DNA of 64,000 nucleotides. It comes from Nanobdellota archaeon. GTDB taxonomy: Archaea > EX4484-52 > LFW-46. Positions 9,186 to 18,418 of this stretch are shown piece after piece. Location: contig JAHILE010000045.1 of the NCBI GenBank assembly GCA_018897155.1, forward strand, positions 2,236 through 66,235, given 5' to 3'. Positions within the stretch are counted from its first letter, which is position 1. The number at the start of each line of letters is the position of its first letter. Both the position numbers and the translations under genes were made by a program. The notes under the pieces were generated by a model. That model ran no database searches and had not been told where the DNA came from. It was given only the letters and a program-made list of their open reading frames with translations.

Positions 9186-9789
9186 ATAGCGCCTCCAAAT
9201 GTTTTTTTGCAGTCTTTTCGGCTTTAAGCGACTTTATGAGTGATTTCAATTCTTCATTATTTAATTTATCTTTGAAAAGTGAAAACAAAAAATAGGCGTC
9301 TTCAATGTCTTTTTCTCCGCTTAAATAAAATTTATATGCAATCTGCATCTCAAGAGGCGACAAAAAAAGCGTTTTATCGCCTATTTCAACGCGTATTTTT
9401 TTGTTTAAAGAATATCGCTCTATTTCATCTTTTACAAATTTGACTTCCATGTTAGGGATGATTTTATTGTTCTCTGCAACGCGAATTGATGATCTATCGT
9501 TCAGTATTTCAAACGCATCCTTTTCGGTTGTTGAATTTATAATCCAATAGCCATTTTTAATAAGCGTTGCGTAAAGTTCTGAAAATCTTTCTTTGGATAT
9601 GGGCTCGATAAGAACATCTATATCCTCTGTTGCGCGGCTTCTTCCGAAAAGTATTGCGACGTAGCCCGAAACAATAACATAATTTATTTGCAATGAATCA
9701 AGGATCTCGATAAAAGAAATTACGAAATTATCCAGTTCGTTTGTTTCTTTATCAAAAATTATATTATTTCCGACCATTTTTGGAAGCAT
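9175..9789 (-). CDS. Nucleotidyltransferase-fold protein (minimal NTase motif GS...DIDVLI)
   Basis: SGYVAILFGRSRATEDIDVLI fits the Pol-beta-type NTase G[SG]x9-13Dx[DE] motif; 204 aa. Confidence 0.55.
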   Translation of the reverse strand: MLPKMVGNNIIFDKETNELDNFVISFIEILDSLQINYVIVSGYVAILFGRSRATEDIDVLIEPISKERFSELYATLIKNGYWIINSTTEKDAFEILNDRSSIRVAENNKIIPNMEVKFVKDEIERYSLNKKIRVEIGDKTLFLSPLEMQIAYKFYLSGEKDIEDAYFLFSLFKDKLNNEELKSLIKSLKAEKTAKKHLEALYAD

Positions 9790-9823
9790 AACTCTATTTG
9801 TCGTCTTTTCTTTAAAAACGCTT

Positions 9824-11101
9824 TCACGGCGTCAGCCTTTCGGTATCCCTCGGCGTCAAGCTCGCTTCGCGCACATTCTCAAGATTCAGAATTTTCATTG
9901 TCAGTCGCTCGATTCCTATTGCCAGGCCCCCGTGCGGAGGCATGCCGTATTTGAAAAAGCGCAAGTGGTCAAAGCTCGCAGGGTTGATTCCTTTCTCTTT
10001 TATATTCGCGACGCGCTCGTCATACCTGTGCTCACGTATCCCACCGCTTGTGATTTCAAGGCCGTTGTAAAGCAAATCAAACGACAGCGTGCCTTCTTTT
10101 CCCTTGCGCATTATATAGAACGGCTTTTTTGCAAACGGGAATTCTGTGACAAAAACAAAGGATGTGCCGTGCTCCTTTTGCGCCCACTCAGAGAGCTTTC
10201 GCTCGCCTTCCGGAGTAAGGTCAGTTTTTTCGGTTTCGACTTTCATCTTAGCGAGGATTTCATTTGCTTCTGCAAGCGTCACGCGCGGTATTTTCTTTGG
10301 CACATCAAGCGTTATTTTGTACATGTCAAGAATATGCTTGCATCTTTTGTTCAATTCCGTGAAAATGAACTGCATCATCTTCTCTTCCATCGCAAGCACA
10401 TCTTCAAGTTCCTGCGCGACCATCTCCAAGTCAAACGAGGCATACTCGCACAAATGCCTTGGCGTGTGGTGCGGCTCTGCGCGATACACAAAACCGATGT
10501 CATAAACCCTATCTACGCCTGACGCAAGAACGCTTTCTTTTATCAACTGCGGGCTTTGCGCAAGGAATGCCTCCTTGTTGAAATAAAGAATCGGGAAATA
10601 TTCTGTTCCGCCTTCTGTTGCCGCGCCTGTCAATCTTGATGAGAAAATCCGCATGAATGACTCTTTTTGCATAAATTCTTCCATCAAGTGAGTTATTTCG
10701 CTTTCAAGCCTGAAGACTGCCATGATTTCCGGTCTGCGCATGTCGATAAATCTCCAGTCCAACCTTCTGTCGAAATTCGATTCGATTTTCCCGACATCAA
10801 TCGGAAGAGGGATTTCGGAATTCGCAATAACTTCAAGAGAATCCGGAACCATCTCAAATCCGTTTGGCGCGCGGTCATTTTTAACAGCGTTTCCAGAAAC
10901 AGTAATCAATGTCTCTTTGTGTATCTCTTTGAACTGCGTAAAAAGAGGATTGTCAGCCTTTACAGTAATCTGCACAATGCCTTCGCGGTCGCGCAAAGTG
11001 ATGAATATGAGTTTGCCCATGTTTCTGATGTCCTGCGCCCAGCCTGTTACGCGCGCGGATTTTCCTGCCTCAATCTGGTTTGAGTAATGCGTTCTTAACA
11101 T
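9824..11101 (-). CDS. aspS: Aspartyl-tRNA synthetase, archaeal type (class IIb)
   Basis: N-terminal OB anticodon-binding domain; class II motifs FRAEPHHTPRHLCEY, GMPPHGGLAIGIERL; 425 aa. Confidence 0.9.
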   Translation of the reverse strand: MLRTHYSNQIEAGKSARVTGWAQDIRNMGKLIFITLRDREGIVQITVKADNPLFTQFKEIHKETLITVSGNAVKNDRAPNGFEMVPDSLEVIANSEIPLPIDVGKIESNFDRRLDWRFIDMRRPEIMAVFRLESEITHLMEEFMQKESFMRIFSSRLTGAATEGGTEYFPILYFNKEAFLAQSPQLIKESVLASGVDRVYDIGFVYRAEPHHTPRHLCEYASFDLEMVAQELEDVLAMEEKMMQFIFTELNKRCKHILDMYKITLDVPKKIPRVTLAEANEILAKMKVETEKTDLTPEGERKLSEWAQKEHGTSFVFVTEFPFAKKPFYIMRKGKEGTLSFDLLYNGLEITSGGIREHRYDERVANIKEKGINPASFDHLRFFKYGMPPHGGLAIGIERLTMKILNLENVREASLTPRDTERLTP

Positions 11102-11196
11102 AAAGTCACGAGTTAAATGGTGCGAGAAGGCTTATATTTATTGTTAATTGGCTTCCCTTTAGCTAAGCATATAAGCAACAAATACGAATTAATCTT

Positions 11197-11526
11197 ATGG
11201 CGGACAGACGAATCATTTATGGCACGATGATACTTATTTTCGTAGTTGTTGCAGGTGTCGGGCTTTATCTATTCAGTAAGCAATTGAATAATCAGTTCGA
11301 TCAAATATCCGTTTCTGCTTCTTCTTCATCTTCTTTAGTAAACGGCACGTTTATCGCATGCGGATGCGGGTGTTGCATTGGCGTTGAGCCGGAAGAAAAA
11401 TGCCTGTATCATTCAAAAAAAGACAGTTTGCAGAAAATTATTGAAAAAGACAAGCAAGAGGCCAAGACTATGGAATGCCCTATGCTGGGATGTAATTATC
11501 CCATTAAATATACTTACTGTGATTGA
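11197..11526 (+). CDS. Small Cys-rich membrane-anchored hypothetical protein
   Basis: One N-terminal TM helix, CGCGCC and CPMLGC motifs. Confidence 0.4.
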   Translation: MADRRIIYGTMILIFVVVAGVGLYLFSKQLNNQFDQISVSASSSSSLVNGTFIACGCGCCIGVEPEEKCLYHSKKDSLQKIIEKDKQEAKTMECPMLGCNYPIKYTYCD

Positions 11527-11529
11527 TTC

Positions 11530-11784
11530 TCAAATATTTATGGCTAGCACCCATACAAGGTACCAGAAAGTGAGATAGGGTATGAGGCCGTTTGCATTAA
11601 GCCATGTTCCGTCCTTTAAGAAGAGTTTTTCCGCACCTTTTCTAATGCCCACTAATGCGGCAATGCCTGCGGGCAATGCGTAGGTTGCAACGCCCAATAT
11701 CGATGAAACGCCGCCCATCGCCACTCCTGCGCCTGAGAAAAGTATCATTGATTTCAGTTCTTCAGTGATTTCGAATTTTTGCAT
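11530..11784 (-). CDS. Small hydrophobic membrane protein
   Basis: 84 aa, two predicted TM helices. Confidence 0.35.
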   Translation of the reverse strand: MQKFEITEELKSMILFSGAGVAMGGVSSILGVATYALPAGIAALVGIRKGAEKLFLKDGTWLNANGLIPYLTFWYLVWVLAINI

Positions 11785-11883
11785 AACCTATATTAGAAAC
11801 AGGGCTTTTTAAATGTTGATTTTGTTTCAGATATTCTTACTTTGTTATCACGAGAATATATGCCTTCGTGATTATAATAAAAT

Positions 11884-12246
11884 ATGGTCGATAGTACTAA
11901 TCCTACAAAAACAGATTCTATTTTTGCCGAAAAAAAGGATTATATGCCGTTTGATGTTCTGAATTTTTGCCAATACTGCAATATGAGCAAATCAAAAGAA
12001 AACAATATGATTGATGCCTCAGGCATGCGCAGCGCAGCCCTTGATAGCGCAAAGAGTTACACGAATCCCGCAGCTAAGGATAAAATGATACTGGACCTTG
12101 CCGGCGCGAAATCCAGTGTTTGCGAGCTTGAGGCAAAAGACCCGGAGACCTACAAAAAAGTTCTTGGAGTTTTCGAAAAAACAATCGATGCTGTTAATTA
12201 TTTCACGGATTTTTGCACAAAAGAGTGCGCAAACCGTTCAACATAA
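11884..12246 (+). CDS. Hypothetical protein upstream of the HerA-like ATPase
   Basis: 120-aa ORF, same strand, 56 nt upstream of the HerA-like gene. Confidence 0.4.
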   Translation: MVDSTNPTKTDSIFAEKKDYMPFDVLNFCQYCNMSKSKENNMIDASGMRSAALDSAKSYTNPAAKDKMILDLAGAKSSVCELEAKDPETYKKVLGVFEKTIDAVNYFTDFCTKECANRST

Positions 12247-12302
12247 GATTGTCTTGCAATCCATGGATTACATATATATTTCTTTTCCTCTAATTTAGTG
12301 TT

Positions 12303-14276
12303 ATGCTCATCGGCGAAGTTTTCGGAAGCACAGGAACAAAGACTTTTAATTTCCGCGCGGAAAAGGAAGTGCGCAAACTTGATTTTGTAGTTGTTGAAGG
12401 CGAGAACAAGACCTGGGTCCTATCGCAGGTTGAAAATATTGAAAGCAGGCCTGACGGCAAGAACATAGCATTTGCAAAAGCCATCGGATACAGGGAAGAC
12501 GGAATCCTGAAAGTGCCTATGACGCCGATAAAGTCGAATGCAAGAGTCTATTCTGCAGACGCGGGCATAATTCAGGACACGCTTAAGCTTGACAAAAACG
12601 GGCTTTATCTCGGTTGCCTTGATGCGAACAAGGAAGTGCCGGTTTATATCGATCCGACAGATCTCATCTCGCGGCATGTCGCAGTCCTTGCGGCAACAGG
12701 TTCCGGGAAATCATATACGGTTGCAGTTATTCTTGAAGAGCTTCTTGAAAAGAACATACCTATTGTTATAATAGATCCCCACGGAGAGCACACCTCTTTA
12801 GGGGTTGCAAACGATAATGCAGAAGAAATCGAGAAGGCGCAGAAATTCAACATTCTCTCAAAAAACTATCTTGTTGTCGAATACAGCCCGGACACAAATG
12901 TCAATTCAGGTGCGCAGCAAATATCCTTTTCCGACAAGAATCTTGAAGCATCTGAAATACTTCATCTTCTTCCGACAAAGCCGTCGTCCTCGCAGATAGG
13001 TGTGCTTTACAGCGCGATAAAGGAACTGAAAGAAATGGGCAAGCCGTACGAGCTAAAGGATATAATCAAGGCAGTTGAAGACAACCAGAGCGCATCAAAA
13101 TGGGCTGTTATAAACATGCTTGAAGTTGTCCGGGGCACAGGGCTTTTCTCGTCAAAGCCGACAAATATCCGCGAGCTGGTCAAAGCAGGGCAGGCATCGA
13201 TAATAAATCTGCGTGGCATAACACAGGAGATACAGACAGTTGTCGCATATAAAATTATCGAGAAGCTTTTTGAGGAACGTAAAGTTGGCCGAGTTCCGCC
13301 GATGTTTTTGGTGGTTGAAGAGGCGCATAATTTCTGCCCTGAAAAAGAAGTTCGGGCATCCTCAAAAATCATACGCACTGTTGCATCTGAAGGGAGAAAA
13401 TTCGGCTTCGGCTTGTGCGTTATTTCGCAGAGGCCTGCTCGGGTTGACAAGAACGTGCTTTCACAGTGCAATACCCAGATTGTCCTTCGCATGACAAATC
13501 CGAATGACTTGAAAGCGGTTTCTTATGCAGAGGGGCTTACAAGTGGAATTGAGAAAGAGATAAAAAATCTAAATCCCGGAACAGCTTTGATTTTGGGCCG
13601 CGAATTTCCTATATTTGTGAATATCCGAATCCGAAGAACAAAGCACGGAGGCGTCACAGTCAATATCAGCGAGCCTGTAAAAGAGGTTACTGAACTTTTA
13701 GCATTCCGGAATTACGAGAAAAAATACATCGAGAAAAAATTCGGGTCCGTTCATACGATATATTATCCGTGCTGGCGCATATACGGCGAGAAGACCTACC
13801 TTATAGAAGCGGTGCGTGGCAAAGTGATTTTCGAGGATTCTGATGCGACAAAAGAGTGTGACATAGAGCTTAACGATGATCATGCGCTGATTCTGAGCGA
13901 AATGAAATTCAACAGGACTTTGCAGGAGCTTCTTGAGCGGACAAAATTGACTGAAGACGATCTTGTCAAGGCGCTGAAAGAATTGCGCGATAAAGGCTAT
14001 GTAAATGAAAAAGAGGAGAATGAGAAATTCGTTTATGAAAAAACAGAAAAAAGCGTTTTTCGCGACTTTGCAATAGAGCCTGCAACAATTGAAAAAGACA
14101 ATAATTCAGAGACGCTGAAATTCGAGTTCACAAAAGAGGATGCTCTGAAGCGCGCGAAGCTTTTGTTTGGCGCGGTTGATAACATCGAGCCGGTCTATTA
14201 TACATATTATCTTGACGAAAACCAGAAGTTCTTGATTGACGGCGTGACCGGGATAAAGAAAGAAACCGGGAATTAG
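12303..14276 (+). CDS. herA: HerA/FtsK-like hexameric ATPase (DUF87) with about 180-aa C-terminal extension
   Basis: N-terminal HAS-barrel-like region; Walker A AATGSGKS; Walker B FLVVEEAHNF; arginine finger region. No nurA/mre11/rad50 adjacent. Confidence 0.8.
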   Translation: MLIGEVFGSTGTKTFNFRAEKEVRKLDFVVVEGENKTWVLSQVENIESRPDGKNIAFAKAIGYREDGILKVPMTPIKSNARVYSADAGIIQDTLKLDKNGLYLGCLDANKEVPVYIDPTDLISRHVAVLAATGSGKSYTVAVILEELLEKNIPIVIIDPHGEHTSLGVANDNAEEIEKAQKFNILSKNYLVVEYSPDTNVNSGAQQISFSDKNLEASEILHLLPTKPSSSQIGVLYSAIKELKEMGKPYELKDIIKAVEDNQSASKWAVINMLEVVRGTGLFSSKPTNIRELVKAGQASIINLRGITQEIQTVVAYKIIEKLFEERKVGRVPPMFLVVEEAHNFCPEKEVRASSKIIRTVASEGRKFGFGLCVISQRPARVDKNVLSQCNTQIVLRMTNPNDLKAVSYAEGLTSGIEKEIKNLNPGTALILGREFPIFVNIRIRRTKHGGVTVNISEPVKEVTELLAFRNYEKKYIEKKFGSVHTIYYPCWRIYGEKTYLIEAVRGKVIFEDSDATKECDIELNDDHALILSEMKFNRTLQELLERTKLTEDDLVKALKELRDKGYVNEKEENEKFVYEKTEKSVFRDFAIEPATIEKDNNSETLKFEFTKEDALKRAKLLFGAVDNIEPVYYTYYLDENQKFLIDGVTGIKKETGN

Positions 14277-14284
14277 AAAAACAT

Positions 14285-14466
14285 ATGGACACGGCGCGAT
14301 TTTCATCAGTTCTGGGTAGTTTTGCGCCTCGACGAAGTCGAGGTCGCTGGTTTTTCTCTTTATACCCAGATTTGTTTTTCTCTTCTTCAAAAGAGAAAGA
14401 AACTGGATTTGAACGCGCGGCCTCTGCGTTGCGAACGCAGCGATCTACCAGCTGATCTACGTGCCC
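14285..14466 (-). tRNA. tRNA-Ala (anticodon CGC) interrupted by a roughly 109-nt intron in the T-loop (between positions 59/60 or 60/61)
   Basis: Manual fold on the minus strand gives a 7-bp acceptor stem GGGCACG/CGTGUCC containing the G3:U70 Ala identity pair, with A73 discriminator. D-arm GAUC-AGCUGGUA-GAUC. Anticodon arm CUGCG-UUCGCAA-CGCAG. Variable loop AGGCC. Perfect T-stem GCGCG/CGCGC. The T-loop UUCAAAU is immediately followed by about 109 nt before the 3' T-stem strand resumes. The intron ends pair (CAGUU/AACUG), as expected for a relaxed BHB motif. Exon 1 about 14407..14466, exon 2 about 14285..14297. Confidence 0.65.
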
Positions 14467-14720
14467 ACGCATAGAATTCTTTCAGAAATTATTTAAAAGG
14501 AACGTGTTGCGATTACATTATTCCGAGTTTTTCAAACACGAACCAGATTGTCAGAAGAAGCAATGCAACTGCAGCCCAGCCGATGTTGGACGAAAACGCG
14601 CTGCCGAAAATCCAGATTTTGAGGATTTGATATCCTATGTAAATCGAAATAATATCCCGAAGGATGCCGCGGAGCGCCATATAACTTATTGTGCGCACAC
14701 TCTTAATAATTTGATATTTC

Positions 14721-15131
14721 TTATTTTAGTATTTTGTAGTATTCCGGACCTTTTCCGCAACGAATAAAACCTCGATTTTTTATAAAATCTTCCATGAGGC
14801 CAGTTGGAAAAACAATCATTGCTTTTGAAGGATAGTTTTTGCAGTCTTTGACTACGTCCATATATATTTCGGATCCAACACCTCTTTTCATATGATCTTC
14901 AAGTTCTTTATTGGATGCGCTTCTATGTTCTTTATCGGGAAATGTTCCATGAGGATCAAACCATATCAGATCTGCAATTTCGTCAAAATCAGTTAAGTTT
15001 TTTAATCCTAATTTTTTGCGCGTTTCTTCGTACTTGCAATCTTTTAGATGCTTGAAGGTCACAGTAACAGATCCATGCGGTCGAGATGGATTTTCATAAA
15101 TAATTTCATATTGATCTGTACGCTTTCCCAA
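14721..15131 (-). CDS. Hypothetical protein
   Basis: 136-aa ORF, no motif recognised. Confidence 0.45.
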   Translation of the reverse strand: MGKRTDQYEIIYENPSRPHGSVTVTFKHLKDCKYEETRKKLGLKNLTDFDEIADLIWFDPHGTFPDKEHRSASNKELEDHMKRGVGSEIYMDVVKDCKNYPSKAMIVFPTGLMEDFIKNRGFIRCGKGPEYYKILK

Positions 15132-15234
15132 TGTTTTTCGGATATCAACTTTTAGAGTACTTTCAAGTGATATATCTTTAAATTAGGTTCTAACTTTATA
15201 AACTTTGTATGACATGTTCAAATAAGCGAATTAT

Positions 15235-15753
15235 GTGATTTCTATGATTTGGTCCGGCAAAAAAACCGCAGAATGTATTGAAGGAGACAAGAAAATAGGG
15301 CCAAACGGCTGCGATTTGAAGATTTGCGAAATAGCTAAAGTTCCGGAAGATGCAACCATATACTTGCATGACAAAAAGCGCGGCTATCTTGTCAACGGCG
15401 AATTCAAGGAGCAGGCGGATGTAAAGAAACCGATTGCGCCGAATGCGGACGGCTTTTATGAGCTGTCTTACGGGGCATATGAGGTCCGAATTGCAAACAA
15501 GGTGAATGTGCCGAAGAACGCAGTTGGATTTGCATTTCCGCGCTCAACTTTCAATCGCCTTGGCATAATAAAATCAGAAAGCGCGGTATGGGATTCAGGG
15601 TATTCCGGAATGGGCACATGCACAATAGTAGTCCCCTTGAAAAAAGCGCTTATTCATAAGGACGAATATTGGGTCCAGTTTGTTCTTTTTGACGCAGAGG
15701 AAAGCGATAAGCAGTACAACGGTTTCTATCAGGGCGAGCTAAAGAAGCAATAA
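15235..15753 (+). CDS. dCTP deaminase / dUTPase-fold protein
   Basis: FPRSTFNRLGIIKSESAVWDSGYSGMGTCTIVV matches the Dcd/Dut core (GRSSLARLGL...DPGwsG...vLE). Confidence 0.6.
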   Translation: MISMIWSGKKTAECIEGDKKIGPNGCDLKICEIAKVPEDATIYLHDKKRGYLVNGEFKEQADVKKPIAPNADGFYELSYGAYEVRIANKVNVPKNAVGFAFPRSTFNRLGIIKSESAVWDSGYSGMGTCTIVVPLKKALIHKDEYWVQFVLFDAEESDKQYNGFYQGELKKQ

Positions 15754-15874
15754 CTCAGAAAGCGCTCCAATAGTTATTTAAAGTTCGTCAACTGTTGAAT
15801 ATGTGGTGCAAAAAATATAACCCTCTTAGTGATATGAATACCATACTATGACTGCCTTAAAATAACCTGTTTGT

Positions 15875-16615
15875 GTGAAGCCTATGATAAAGGAAGAAAT
15901 TTCTCTTGATTCACTTGCAAAGAACATAGCGGGCGAAATCGTGCTTTCTGAAAATCCGGGCAATGCCATACAAAAATGGCGCAATATTTTCAAAGTCCCC
16001 CAGAGGCAGCTGGCCGATAAAATGGATGTAATGCCTTCGGTTATTTCGGATTATGAGAGCGGAAGGAGAAAGTCTCCTGGCATTCAGTTCATAAAGCGGA
16101 TAGTTAATTCTCTTCTTGAAGTAGATCGCACAAATGGAAATACAGTTTCAAATGAGTTTCGGTCGATCTATTCAAATGAGGTTCTAAGCGATGCGATTAT
16201 TGATATGAAAGATTATTCAAATCCTATTTCGCTCGACGGCTTTGCAAAATCGATTGATGGATTGGTTATTAATGGTTTTGAGGGGCCGAGCAATGTCATA
16301 CACGGCCATACGATAATAGATTCTCTTAAGGTTGTTATGGAACTTTCTCATACGGATTTGGCGCGCCTTTATGGACTAACAACTGAAAAAGCTATGATAA
16401 TAACCAATGTAAGCTCCGGAAAAACAGCGCTTGTGGCAATAAAAGTGACAAACCTTAAGCCGAGCGCAGTCATTTTTCACGGCATAAAAGAAGTTGACCC
16501 TCTTGCAATTCGCATAGCAAAAACAGAGAAAATACCGATTATTTTGTCAAAAATGAGAACTGTGGATGAACTTATCGTCGCTCTCAAGGTACATGCATCA
16601 AAGGAAAAGAAATGA
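15875..16615 (+). CDS. XRE-type HTH regulator with C-terminal DRTGG-like domain
   Basis: QRQLADKMDVMPSVISDYESGRR is a Cro/C1 HTH; the C-terminal half (ITNVSSGKTALVAIK...IPIILSK) resembles a DRTGG domain. Confidence 0.55.
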   Translation: MKPMIKEEISLDSLAKNIAGEIVLSENPGNAIQKWRNIFKVPQRQLADKMDVMPSVISDYESGRRKSPGIQFIKRIVNSLLEVDRTNGNTVSNEFRSIYSNEVLSDAIIDMKDYSNPISLDGFAKSIDGLVINGFEGPSNVIHGHTIIDSLKVVMELSHTDLARLYGLTTEKAMIITNVSSGKTALVAIKVTNLKPSAVIFHGIKEVDPLAIRIAKTEKIPIILSKMRTVDELIVALKVHASKEKK

Positions 16616-16630
16616 ACTTACTACACTCGT

Positions 16631-18088
16631 ATGCATTTGGCAGCGCAAAAACTATTTATACATTATCAAACAAATAGATGTATGAAATTTTCAGGTATTC
16701 TATTGTCTTTGTTCATAACGGCAACGCTTTTTTCCATTCCGGTGCTTTCGGAGGAGATTGCATCGACGCTTAATGTATCTATACTTTCTGAGAAAGATGC
16801 AATATTTCCCGGCGAATGCAACAAATACATTGCAACAGTGGATAATCATGGCGGTATGCAGAGAGTTGATTTTATAATCGAGGGAACAAGATTAGCTTGG
16901 ATAACGCTTGGAGACGCATATTATGATTTCAATAACAGCGGCTCTAAAAACGTTATGTTTTACTTATGTCCTCCGATAGGGACTCCTTCTGCAACACACA
17001 ATTTCGTATTTAATGCGCGAGACCGCATAAACAATCGCACGACATCGCAGCCGTTTGCGATGTATATAATGGATCGCCCATATCTTGAATTGCGCGATGT
17101 GACCACATCAAAAGACAATTACAAGATTGGTGAGGATGTTGATTTCTCAGTTAATGTGCGTAATTTGGGACTTTCAGATGCAAAGAGAATCAAAATCCTT
17201 GCAGAAATATCCGGACAAGGTGCTCCGGAAAAACAGCGCCTTGAAATACCGCTTATAGAAGCAGAACGAGGCGCCAGCGCAACAGGAAAATTTGAATTCG
17301 ACAGGTTTGAGGCGCGCGGAAATTATGTGATAACCGGCTCAATAGTTGATGATATCGGCGATGTGCTTTACACAAAAACAAAGAATGTGCGAATCGAGGA
17401 AAAAAGCGAAGTGAAAAAAGACACTGCTGTAAAGAGCAATGCGCTTTCAAAGGAAGTGGTGATGAGTGCAATAAATACGGGAAACAAAAAAGAAACCGTG
17501 GTTTTTGAAAGCAGGGGATTGAGCTATCTTGCACTTTATTCTTTTAACCGGCAGCCGGATTCAATAGAATACAGCGGGGCGCATAAAATATTCCGATGGA
17601 CGTGCGATCTTGCGCCAGCAACATCATGTTCTGTATCATATGTTGTGGAATACTGGTTGTTCCTTGTGATTATAATTGCCGCTTTAGGAATCACCTACGT
17701 TGTCTATAGCATTGTTGAACAGCCAGAAATAAAGAAAAAATTGGTACGGGTGCACGAACGCGAGCATACGGTTCACATAATAATCAAGAACAGGAGCAGA
17801 AAAGCGCTTCGTGAAGTGCATGTTGTTGACGTTATTCCGGACATTGTTTCTGTTGTGCCGAATTCATTTTCTCCATCAATAAAGCCGATTGCAAAAGGAA
17901 AGAGGGGCGGGACCGAAATTGTCTGGACATTCGCAAAGCTTGAGCCCAAAGAAGAGCGCGTGCTGACGTATAAGATACGGCCTCTTGTGATGCTGATGGG
18001 CAATGTCAGGCTTCCAAAGGCGCGCATCTACGCCGTAGACGCGCTTGGAAAGAAGTATCGCGCAGAAAGCGCGGTGATGGTGGATTAA
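16631..18088 (+). CDS. Secreted or surface protein with signal peptide, C-proximal TM helix and DUF11/CARDB-like terminal domain
   Basis: Likely true start at 16682 (MKFSGILLSLFITATLFSIPVLS signal peptide). Beta-rich body; TM YWLFLVIIIAALGITYVVYSIV near residue 330. Confidence 0.55.
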   Translation: MHLAAQKLFIHYQTNRCMKFSGILLSLFITATLFSIPVLSEEIASTLNVSILSEKDAIFPGECNKYIATVDNHGGMQRVDFIIEGTRLAWITLGDAYYDFNNSGSKNVMFYLCPPIGTPSATHNFVFNARDRINNRTTSQPFAMYIMDRPYLELRDVTTSKDNYKIGEDVDFSVNVRNLGLSDAKRIKILAEISGQGAPEKQRLEIPLIEAERGASATGKFEFDRFEARGNYVITGSIVDDIGDVLYTKTKNVRIEEKSEVKKDTAVKSNALSKEVVMSAINTGNKKETVVFESRGLSYLALYSFNRQPDSIEYSGAHKIFRWTCDLAPATSCSVSYVVEYWLFLVIIIAALGITYVVYSIVEQPEIKKKLVRVHEREHTVHIIIKNRSRKALREVHVVDVIPDIVSVVPNSFSPSIKPIAKGKRGGTEIVWTFAKLEPKEERVLTYKIRPLVMLMGNVRLPKARIYAVDALGKKYRAESAVMVD

Positions 18089-18248
18089 ATACACTTATTC
18101 TTGATGTGAACGACAAATAATAAATAAAATATTCTATCGGCAACTTGTATGCGTCAAATATAAATGCTTAAAGACCGTTTCATACACAGTATAATAGAAA
18201 GCTTATATACTAGTGTAACATAATATTAACAATAAGTTACATAATGTA

Positions 18249-18410
18249 ATGGGTGTTGTGATGGGTGTTGTTCGAATTGATGACAAGCTGATAAAAGAAG
18301 TCCAAGCGTGGCTGGATGAGAACGGAAATAAGTATAAACATCCAACTCTTTCTGCATTTGTAAATAATGCCGTCTATGAGAAATTAAAAGAGGTTAAATC
18401 AAAAAAATAG
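18249..18410 (+). CDS. Small ribbon-helix-helix (CopG/Arc-like) DNA-binding protein immediately upstream of the Dcm gene
   Basis: 53-aa ORF (below track cutoff): VRIDDKLIKEVQAWLDENGNKYKHPTLSAFVNNAVYEKLKE has a beta-strand then two helices, RHH-like. Starts with an in-frame 12-nt tandem repeat (MGVVMGVV). Stop lies 8 nt before the Dcm ATG. Confidence 0.45.
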   Translation: MGVVMGVVRIDDKLIKEVQAWLDENGNKYKHPTLSAFVNNAVYEKLKEVKSKK

Positions 18411-18418
18411 GTGTTCCG

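Noticed and set aside
14504-14767. Overlapping small ORFs (87 aa plus, 61 aa minus, hydrophobic) between tRNA-Ala and the next gene
   Set aside because: Mutually exclusive, no motifs, sit in the probable tRNA promoter region; at best one hydrophobic micro-protein (confidence <0.2).
15235-15753. dCTP-deaminase-family gene as a nucleotide-depletion antiviral effector
   Set aside because: Size (172 aa) and lack of the N-terminal kinase-like or other accessory domain seen in defensive dCTP deaminases fit an ordinary housekeeping Dcd/dUTPase better.
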